The notes beneath the pieces are model-generated. The model was not told the DNA's origin. It did no database searches and saw nothing but the letters and a program-made list of their open reading frames with translations. DNA of 64,000 nucleotides from SAR324 cluster bacterium (GTDB lineage: Bacteria; SAR324; XYD2-FULL-50-16; HCM1). The DNA lies in NCBI GenBank assembly GCA_002995645.1, contig PUHO01000012.1, positions 87,653 to 151,652 of the forward strand, in the 5' to 3' direction. How positions within the stretch are numbered: the first letter of the stretch is position 1; each line of letters starts with the position of its first letter. This document shows positions 37,846 through 45,212 of the stretch, in pieces. The position numbers were made by a program, and so were the translations under genes.

Positions 37846-37960
37846 TAAAGTCCTTTTGGCAAGACAATAAATAAGAAGTTACAATGTGCTCTTAATTTTA
37901 ACAAAGTAAAATTTTTTTTACAAGAAAATAAATAAAAAAAATTATAACATGTTCTTCTGA
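37846..37960. repeat. Imperfect ~60-bp tandem duplication that includes the last 15 nt of the downstream GT9 gene
   Basis: Unit 1 is TAACAAAGTAAAGTCCTTTTGGCAAGACAATAAATAAGAAGTTACAATGTGCTCTTAATT. Unit 2 is TAACAAAGTAAAATTTTTTTACAAGAAAATAAATAAAAAAAATTATAACATGTTCTTCTGATT and contains the GT9 stop region. Confidence 0.5.
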
Positions 37961-38949
37961 TTTAAAATTTGCATTGCCGAAGTGAATACTTCGTCAACAG
38001 AAATTTGCGTAAGACAATGGTAGTGCCCTAAAGGACAGGTTCTTTGAAAACAAGGGCTGCAAGAAATAGGCTGTTGTATGATCGTTGCTTGTTTGTTAAG
38101 TGGAGGCGTCCAGGTCCTTGAAGTAGATCCGTAAATAGCTATTTGTGGAATACCTAGCGCACTTGCTACGTGCATGGCGCCGGAGTCGTTCGTAATGGCA
38201 AGCTTCCCTCTTTGAAATAAAGCAATGAGTTGTATGATATTAGTTTCCCCACAAAGATTATAAACTTTACTTGGTAAAGATAGGGTATCGTTTCGCATGC
38301 CAACAAAAACAACCTTTTCTCCTTGTTGGGTTAATTTTTTTGCTAAAGCAATAAAACGATGAGGAAACCATTCTTTAGCTCTTCCATAGGCGGTAAACGG
38401 TGCTATAAAAATAGCGTTGGCATATTCTTCTTGCCAGCGTTGCGGTAAAACACGATCTATTTCTTCTGTTGTTAAACGAATGTTTGGTTGATATTGTTCG
38501 TGTTCCTTGTCTTTGCCAATAAGATGTAGATGCTCAATATAGGCCGGTATTTTTTGTTTGTTTTGGTATTTACATGCCGGATTAAGCAAGAAAGATCGCC
38601 CGTCGTTAGCGTAGCCAATACGATACGGTATTTTTGAACTATATGCCATTAAAGCCGAAGAAAAACTAGGCGGTAAAATAAAAAAGTGAGTATAGCCTTG
38701 ATCTCGCAAAGTTTTGCCAAAATTGTACGGCGATGTTTTTGTTTTGTCAAAAAGAAGAGTTTTGCCGTTATGCGCTAGTGGGATAGATTGTAAAGCCGGT
38801 ATGGTTAGCAAGTCTAATTGTCCCTTACATTTTTGTAAGCTTTCAAGTAAAGCTAGACAAAATCCGCTGGCAATAAGGACGTCGCCAAGCCAATTTGGTA
38901 AACGTACGAGTACTTTCGAATCTGAGTTAAATTGTAAATGATTATCCAT
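37942..38949 (-). CDS. ADP-heptose:LPS heptosyltransferase (GT9; WaaF-like)
   Basis: LVRLPNWLGDVLIASGF…; C-terminal NDSGAMHVASALGIPQIAIYG. Confidence 0.75.
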   Translation of the reverse strand: MDNHLQFNSDSKVLVRLPNWLGDVLIASGFCLALLESLQKCKGQLDLLTIPALQSIPLAHNGKTLLFDKTKTSPYNFGKTLRDQGYTHFFILPPSFSSALMAYSSKIPYRIGYANDGRSFLLNPACKYQNKQKIPAYIEHLHLIGKDKEHEQYQPNIRLTTEEIDRVLPQRWQEEYANAIFIAPFTAYGRAKEWFPHRFIALAKKLTQQGEKVVFVGMRNDTLSLPSKVYNLCGETNIIQLIALFQRGKLAITNDSGAMHVASALGIPQIAIYGSTSRTWTPPLNKQATIIQQPISCSPCFQRTCPLGHYHCLTQISVDEVFTSAMQILNQKNML

Positions 38950-39124
38950 AGGCTCCCGGTGTATTTGTAAAAAAATTATTAGTTAATATTAATTTGGCTT
39001 CTTTCTTGCTTAATCTTCTAGAATGCAAGGATGCATTAGTTTTTATTGAAGGATTAAAGTTTAATATAACAACTTATGAATAAGTTTAGTATAAGCTTAT
39101 TAACATTTGTTTATAAAGGTCAAC

Positions 39125-40093
39125 ATGAAAAAAACGATGATACATCCAATGAAAAACGTTATTTTATTTGGCGTTAGCTATGCTTTTTTACTTTCTACGG
39201 CGTCGGCGAATATTTTTGGCAGTAGTACGCCGGGAATATACAAACCGTCCGGAACGTATAACACAGAAGCGGCAACGTCACAAAAAGAGGAGCTTCCTAA
39301 TGATATGGCAACAACTGATAGCAGTGTTGTTGATCCTGTTGCTTCCCAATCAGACGATTGGCGTCCGGATTTAACGCCTCTTTTAACGCAAAACGATGCT
39401 ATGCCGATAGAAGAAACGCAAACGGCAAAAGAAGATATAGTTAAACCGGCGCAAACTAATGAAAATATAATTCCGGTTAGTGCAGAGATCCCAGCTGATA
39501 CAGTAGCGCCAATGCCGGTTTCTGCGTCGCGTATGGCAACAAAATTTGAAGGAATTGCTTCTTGGTATGGTCCGGGTTTTGACAATAGAAAAACGGCTAA
39601 CGGTGAAATATATAATCAAGACGCTATGACGGCAGCGCACAAAATATTTCCTATGAATACAATAGTGTCTGTTACGAATACGGAAAATAACAAAACGGTC
39701 AAACTTCGTATTAACGATAGAGGTCCTTATAAAAAAGGAAGGATTATTGACTTAAGCTATGCGGCGGCTAAAGAGCTTGGTTTTATTGATAAAGGCGTTG
39801 CGCACGTTGTTGTTAAAGTAATACAATTTCCTGATAGCTATTCTCATGCTGAAGGACTAGACGCCTATAAAAAGAAAGTTGTTCAAGTAGGGGTGCTACA
39901 AAATAGAGATAATGCGGAAAAGATTAAATCGCAAGCTATGGCTTTAACAGCGGAGAACTTTTATATTAGAGAAAAACAAAACTTGTTTTACGTTCAATCT
40001 AGTGCTTTTGCTACGACTGAAGATGCGTCGCAACTTAGTCAATCTTTAAGCGATCAAGGAATGAATAATATTGTTGTTAGCTATAAAAAATAA
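39125..40093 (+). CDS. rlpA: Septal ring lytic transglycosylase RlpA family protein with a C-terminal SPOR domain
   Basis: Signal peptide start at the internal Met (MKKTMIHPMKNVILFGVSYAFLLS). DPBB domain GIASWYGPGFDNRKTANGEIYN…LRINDRGPY. C-terminal SPOR-like ~80 aa. Confidence 0.8.
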   Translation: MKKTMIHPMKNVILFGVSYAFLLSTASANIFGSSTPGIYKPSGTYNTEAATSQKEELPNDMATTDSSVVDPVASQSDDWRPDLTPLLTQNDAMPIEETQTAKEDIVKPAQTNENIIPVSAEIPADTVAPMPVSASRMATKFEGIASWYGPGFDNRKTANGEIYNQDAMTAAHKIFPMNTIVSVTNTENNKTVKLRINDRGPYKKGRIIDLSYAAAKELGFIDKGVAHVVVKVIQFPDSYSHAEGLDAYKKKVVQVGVLQNRDNAEKIKSQAMALTAENFYIREKQNLFYVQSSAFATTEDASQLSQSLSDQGMNNIVVSYKK

Positions 40094-40115
40094 AGTATAG
40101 TCTATACTTATATAA

Positions 40116-40155
40116 AAGAGTAAGGACGTAAACAAAGCTTGCTCTTTTATATTTT
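40116..40155 (+). terminator. Rho-independent terminator after rlpA
   Basis: Stem AAGAGTAAG / CTTGCTCTT with one G-U pair, a 13-nt loop, then TTATATTTT. Confidence 0.5.
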
Positions 40156-40183
40156 ATTACACTTTGTATTTTAATATAAGAAA

Positions 40184-41011
40184 ATGAATAAACATAAAAC
40201 AAAGAAGATCGTTTTTTTGGCTGTTTGGATTATAGTATATTTTCTTATGATCTCACCTTTGTTTGCTATAGATCGCAATTTAAAGTTAGCACCTGTTACA
40301 AGTGAACCGCCGGAATCTTGGGTTGCGCCTATTGATTCGGGGAATCTTTGGCAATTAAGCCGTGTTGATATGATTCTGCGGAATAATCCAAAAGTTATTT
40401 CCGCTTTGTTTTATTCTTTAGTAACGATTAAAGGGAACGTTAAAAACGCAGTTAAAAAAATAGACAGTGAAATAATTAACTGTGATGCCAATCAAACGGA
40501 ACAACATTCTTGTTACCTTGATAGGCTGAAGCAAAAGAAAAGAAATCAAACGATTTCACACGTTTTTATATCGCCTTTACACGTTCTTTCTTTTTACCGT
40601 TTGTTTCATGTTAAAGGTATGGATATAGTACGCGTTAATTGGTCGTCTACGTATAATGAACCGGCTTATTGGAAAATAGACGATTTTTTTCATGATATGC
40701 AAATTCAAAAAGAAACGAAATATTATAAACTAAGAAAAAATATTCATTTAATCCAAATCGTCCCGGACTATACGCCTTACGTTTTTATTGCAATCCCGTC
40801 AAAAATGCGGATTAATTTGCAAAAAGTGTATAAAAAATTAAATTTTAATCCAGACGATCGTATATATCTTTCTATTGAACAGGCACGTAAAAAAAGAATA
40901 TCCGACGTGCTTGTTGTTAAGTTACGAATGCAAGCGAGAAAAGTTAAGATTAACAATATAGAAATGAACACACTCACAAGGGCGGAAGTAAACGCCTATA
41001 GCAAAATGTGA
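40184..41011 (+). CDS. Hypothetical secreted protein
   Basis: 275 aa with an N-terminal signal/TM segment (IVFLAVWIIVYFLMISPLFA). No recognisable domain. Confidence 0.35.
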   Translation: MNKHKTKKIVFLAVWIIVYFLMISPLFAIDRNLKLAPVTSEPPESWVAPIDSGNLWQLSRVDMILRNNPKVISALFYSLVTIKGNVKNAVKKIDSEIINCDANQTEQHSCYLDRLKQKKRNQTISHVFISPLHVLSFYRLFHVKGMDIVRVNWSSTYNEPAYWKIDDFFHDMQIQKETKYYKLRKNIHLIQIVPDYTPYVFIAIPSKMRINLQKVYKKLNFNPDDRIYLSIEQARKKRISDVLVVKLRMQARKVKINNIEMNTLTRAEVNAYSKM

Positions 41012-41151
41012 TAAAATGCTTTTATCCTTGTATTATCTCTTTTTAATTGGTTTAATACTTGCTTTTTTTATTAAATTTTATCATAATATATTCAGTTTGA
41101 TTGTAGGCATGCCTTACATCACATAATAATTTCTTTGTTACTGTTGGTACA

Positions 41152-43014
41152 ATGAGTAAAATAGTTTTAGTTTCAGATACAAATAACCTGATTTACGATT
41201 CCTTTAAAGAAGCGCTTGTTTCTTATATAGGTTCCCAAAATTTAATATATCTAAAAGATACAAGTATGCTTGTGCCAACTTTAAAAGAGGCGGCAGTTGA
41301 TATTGTATTTTTAGAATATACTGATTCGGTTAAAGAACTGATTTCTATTATTCGCGATGATGCGTTACTTTCTCATTTAATTATTATTTTAACCTATGGC
41401 GGAAGGAAGCAACTTTCACTTTCTGTTGCAAAAGACCTAGGGGCGGACGATATCCTTGAAAAACCGTTTGAAGTTATAGAAGTTAGGCAAAAAATAGATC
41501 TTTTTCATGCCAATACAACCTATTCGCAAGATCTTACGCATATTAATATTGTTGATCCCGTTATGGCAGAACTATTAGCTTCGGCAAGTAACGCGATACA
41601 ACAAACAAAGCAAAATCAAGAAGATAGTATTGAAGAAAGAGAACAACAATCGCCTATTCATATTAATAACCCTCTTGATACAGAACAAGACGACGATATA
41701 GCAAACGAGTTTAACCTATCTGATTTAGATGACGAAGAGAGCTCTATTACAGCAGCTAGCAGTATAAACAAAGAAGAACGTACTTTGCTTTTAGACGAGG
41801 AAGATAACGAAAAACTAACTTCGCCTATTAACATTCATGTACCTGATACGCAAGAATCAAATGACTTTCAAAATAAACCGGCAACACCGGATCAATACGG
41901 CATTTTAGCAATCCCTGTTGTTAGTGATACGCCGGATAGTAGCTTAAATCTATATGAAGAAGAGGATTCGCAAGATGATAGAGATTTATTTGCTGCTGAA
42001 GAAGAAGAAGCGGAAGCAGTTTCTCTTTTTGGAGAATATAATGATGACCTGCTACCATTAGAGTCGAACTTTATTTTTGAAGACGATACGAGCGAAGTTG
42101 AAACCGATTTTACTAGTGACAACGATACAAGCGAAGAAGAGCCCGGTTTTATCTTTGTAGAAGATGATAGCGAAGAAATAAAGTTAGATCCAGATTTTAC
42201 CTTTGAAGAAGATAGCGCAGAAATAGATCTAGATCCAGATTTTACCTTTGAAGAAAATACGAGCGAAGACGAATCAGACTTTTTATTTGAAGAAAATACG
42301 AGCGACAACGAAGAGGAATCGGACTTTTTATTTGAAGAAGTTACAAGCGAAGACGAAGACGAATCAGACTTTTTATTTGAAGAAGATACGAGCGAAAACG
42401 AAGAGGAATCAGACTTTTTGTTTCAAGACAGCAGTAATGAAGAACTAGTGCCAGAGCCTAACTTTACTATTGAAGAAGATAGCGAAGAACTACAATTAGA
42501 ACCTAATTTTATTGTTGAAGAAGACAGCAACGAAGAAATACAATTAGACCCGGATTTTTCCTTTGAAGAAGATACCACGGAAAGCGATATATTTGTAGAT
42601 TCAAACGAAGAAGAACTAGCGGCATTAGACAATATAAATACTTTGCAACAACCTTCTTTTATTGACACAGAAGACCAAGTTGAGCAAGAAGAAGATAATT
42701 TTATTTTTTCTTTAGAGAATTATAAAAGTAATGAAAGTGATACGTTTTCTCAAAAATTGAAAGAAGCCGGTTTGCATTTAGAAACAAAAAGACATACTGA
42801 TATGTCTAGTATTTCTATTCCTAGTGACGATATACACGCACACATAGCTAAAGACGTATTTGCGTTAAATGACCTTACAATGAGTGATATTATCCCAGAT
42901 GAAGACAAGGCAGACGCAAAAGAAAACAGGCAACCGTCTTTAGACAAACAAGCTTTAATTAAAGATATTCTTGAACGTGCAACAGAAGATATTACGAAAA
43001 TTATTCAAAAGTAA
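41152..43014 (+). CDS. Atypical (pseudo-)receiver domain protein with a long acidic repeat-rich tail
   Basis: The N-terminal ~115 aa have the CheY-like beta1-beta5 pattern (IVLVSDT…, VDIVFLEYTD, IIILTYGG, ILEKPF), with Glu where the phospho-acceptor Asp is expected and Ser-Asp for the acidic pair. Residues ~150-520 are D/E-rich with repeated DPDFTFEEDS / ESDFLFEENTS units, encoded by 60-66-bp DNA repeats around 42140-42440. Confidence 0.5.
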   Translation: MSKIVLVSDTNNLIYDSFKEALVSYIGSQNLIYLKDTSMLVPTLKEAAVDIVFLEYTDSVKELISIIRDDALLSHLIIILTYGGRKQLSLSVAKDLGADDILEKPFEVIEVRQKIDLFHANTTYSQDLTHINIVDPVMAELLASASNAIQQTKQNQEDSIEEREQQSPIHINNPLDTEQDDDIANEFNLSDLDDEESSITAASSINKEERTLLLDEEDNEKLTSPINIHVPDTQESNDFQNKPATPDQYGILAIPVVSDTPDSSLNLYEEEDSQDDRDLFAAEEEEAEAVSLFGEYNDDLLPLESNFIFEDDTSEVETDFTSDNDTSEEEPGFIFVEDDSEEIKLDPDFTFEEDSAEIDLDPDFTFEENTSEDESDFLFEENTSDNEEESDFLFEEVTSEDEDESDFLFEEDTSENEEESDFLFQDSSNEELVPEPNFTIEEDSEELQLEPNFIVEEDSNEEIQLDPDFSFEEDTTESDIFVDSNEEELAALDNINTLQQPSFIDTEDQVEQEEDNFIFSLENYKSNESDTFSQKLKEAGLHLETKRHTDMSSISIPSDDIHAHIAKDVFALNDLTMSDIIPDEDKADAKENRQPSLDKQALIKDILERATEDITKIIQK

Positions 43015-43027
43015 ATAATCGTTTTAT

Positions 43028-44137
43028 ATGACAGCCTATAAAAAAAAACCGACGCCGTATCTCCTCCTATTTTCCATTATTTGTTTACTTGGCATTGGTA
43101 TTTTAATGGTCTATTCTTCTAGTGCCATTTATGCTAATACCTATAATCGAAGTAATTTTTATTTCTTTAATAGACAACTTGGCTTTGTTGGGCTTGGTAT
43201 CCTTCTTTTTTTTGTCGTTATAAAATATCCCTATCAAAAATATAGATCTTGGATTCCTGTTTTACTAGGCATCTGTTTTGTTGCGCTTATTCTTGTTTTA
43301 ATTCCACGTATTGGACATGAAGTCGGGCATGCAAAACGTTGGTTTCGTATTGCTCATTTTAGTTTGCAACCTAGTGAACTGCTCAAAATTGCTATTTTAC
43401 TTTGGGGCGCTGATTTCTTAGATCGTAAACATGCTTATCTTGCCCAATTTTCACGTAGCTTGTTTCCGGCTTCTATTATCCTAGGTGTTTATTGCGTTCT
43501 TTTATTGGCGCAACCTGATTTTGGAACTGCCGTTTTGCTGGTTACTACGTTTATGATAATGTTCTTTGTTGCTGGCGGAAGAAAAACGCATATCTTTTTT
43601 AGTGGGCTTGTTATTAGTGCGATTGGCTCGGCGTTAGTGATTTTTAGCCCGTATCGTTTTCGTCGTATTGAATCGTTTTTAACCCCATGGAATGATCCAA
43701 CAGGAAGCGGTTATCAATTAATTCAATCGCTCATTGCCGTTGCAACCGGTGGTATTTTTGGAAAAAATTTAGGAAACTCAACGCAAAAACTATTTTTCTT
43801 GCCTGAAGCTCATACTGATTTTATTTTTGCTATTCTTGCAGAAGAGCTAGGCTTTATTGGTGTTTGTATTGTTGTTTTTCTTGTGTTGCTTTTTTTGCAA
43901 CAATCTTTAAAAATTGCTCGTCATTGTAAAGATAGATTTGGTAGAAACTTAGCTTGCGGTATTGCCGCGCTAGTCACTTTCCAAGCTATTATTAATATGA
44001 GCGTTGTTCTTGGTATTTTCCCAACAAAAGGGATCCCGTTTCCTTTTGTTAGTTACGGAGGGAGTTCTTTGATTACTATGATGATATTATCCGGCATATT
44101 ATTCAATATCGCTGTTAGCAATGAAACGCAAAAATAA
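43028..44137 (+). CDS. ftsW: Peptidoglycan glycosyltransferase, SEDS family (FtsW/RodA); FtsW by context
   Basis: 10-TM SEDS protein (…PEAHTDFIFAILAEELGFIG…). Immediately upstream of, and overlapping, murG. Confidence 0.8.
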   Translation: MTAYKKKPTPYLLLFSIICLLGIGILMVYSSSAIYANTYNRSNFYFFNRQLGFVGLGILLFFVVIKYPYQKYRSWIPVLLGICFVALILVLIPRIGHEVGHAKRWFRIAHFSLQPSELLKIAILLWGADFLDRKHAYLAQFSRSLFPASIILGVYCVLLLAQPDFGTAVLLVTTFMIMFFVAGGRKTHIFFSGLVISAIGSALVIFSPYRFRRIESFLTPWNDPTGSGYQLIQSLIAVATGGIFGKNLGNSTQKLFFLPEAHTDFIFAILAEELGFIGVCIVVFLVLLFLQQSLKIARHCKDRFGRNLACGIAALVTFQAIINMSVVLGIFPTKGIPFPFVSYGGSSLITMMILSGILFNIAVSNETQK

Positions 44138-45212
44138 ACCTACTAGCATTATAATTGCCGGCGGTGGTAGTGGCGGACATTTATTCCCGGGCATTGCTAT
44201 TGCGCAAGAACTGGAAGCCCAGTTGGATTCAAGTATAATCTATTTTATTGGCTCACGTTACGGCATTGAGTCGCGCGTTTTTCCTACTTTAAAATACCGC
44301 TGTTTCTTATTACCTATATCAGGATTATACAAAGTTGGTGCTATACGTAAGCTGCTTGGTTTACTGCGCTTTGCTTATTCTGTTGTATATACCTTTTTTT
44401 TGACGTTATATATACGCCCTCACGTCGTGATTGGCGTTGGCGGTTATGCGTCCGGTGCGGCTATGTTGTGCGGTTTATTACTACGTAGAAATTTAGTTAT
44501 TCAAGAACAAAACGCATCACCGGGCATGACAAATCGCTTTCTAGGTAAGTATGCCAAACTAGCTTTTGTGCCGTTTTCCGGTATGGAAAAGTTTTTTCCT
44601 AATCCTGTTGTTGTTGGCAATCCTATTCGTAAAGAAATATTGCAAGTTAAAGCATATACGCCACAAGACAAGGTCAATTTGTTGATTGTTGGCGGGAGTC
44701 AAGGTTGCCATGCTATTAACATGGCTTGCATAGAAGCCTTGCCTATTCTTGCCGATTTAGCTGATCAGATTCGTATTATACACCAAAGCGGCTACCGAGA
44801 TTATGAGATTTTGCAAGACGCTTATGCAAAATATCCAAAGCTAGAAGCGCAAGTTTTCCCTTTTGCTGAGAACATGGCAGAATTATATAGTCAAAGTCAT
44901 TTGCTATTGTGCCGTTCCGGTTCTATTATTCATGAAATTATTGTAGCCGGTAGGGGTATGTTGTTAGTGCCGTTTCCTAATGCGAGCGGGAATCATCAGT
45001 TGCGAAACGCTGAGTATATTGTAGAAAAGCAAGCAGGTATTTTGTTAGAACAAGACGAGCAATTAGGCGAAAAGCTGATACAAGTTTTACAGAGATTGTT
45101 GCAGAATACGAATGAAATAGAAGAGATGGCAAAGCAAGCGAAGAGCTTAGCAAAGACAGATGCGACAAAAGAAATCAGTGAAACAATTCTTTCTTTTTAT
45201 AAGCTGAAGTAA
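44121..45212 (+). CDS. murG: UDP-GlcNAc:undecaprenyl-PP-MurNAc-pentapeptide GlcNAc transferase
   Basis: N-terminal G-loop IIAGGGSGGHLFPGIAIAQEL. C-terminal GT28 domain. 17-nt overlap with ftsW. Confidence 0.85.
   Translation: MKRKNKPTSIIIAGGGSGGHLFPGIAIAQELEAQLDSSIIYFIGSRYGIESRVFPTLKYRCFLLPISGLYKVGAIRKLLGLLRFAYSVVYTFFLTLYIRPHVVIGVGGYASGAAMLCGLLLRRNLVIQEQNASPGMTNRFLGKYAKLAFVPFSGMEKFFPNPVVVGNPIRKEILQVKAYTPQDKVNLLIVGGSQGCHAINMACIEALPILADLADQIRIIHQSGYRDYEILQDAYAKYPKLEAQVFPFAENMAELYSQSHLLLCRSGSIIHEIIVAGRGMLLVPFPNASGNHQLRNAEYIVEKQAGILLEQDEQLGEKLIQVLQRLLQNTNEIEEMAKQAKSLAKTDATKEISETILSFYKLK

Noticed and set aside
42140-42440. Intragenic DNA tandem repeats in the acidic tail as a separate repeat element or CRISPR-like feature
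   Set aside because: They are in-frame coding repeats (ESDFLFEENTSE units) of one continuous ORF. They are ordinary low-complexity coding expansion.
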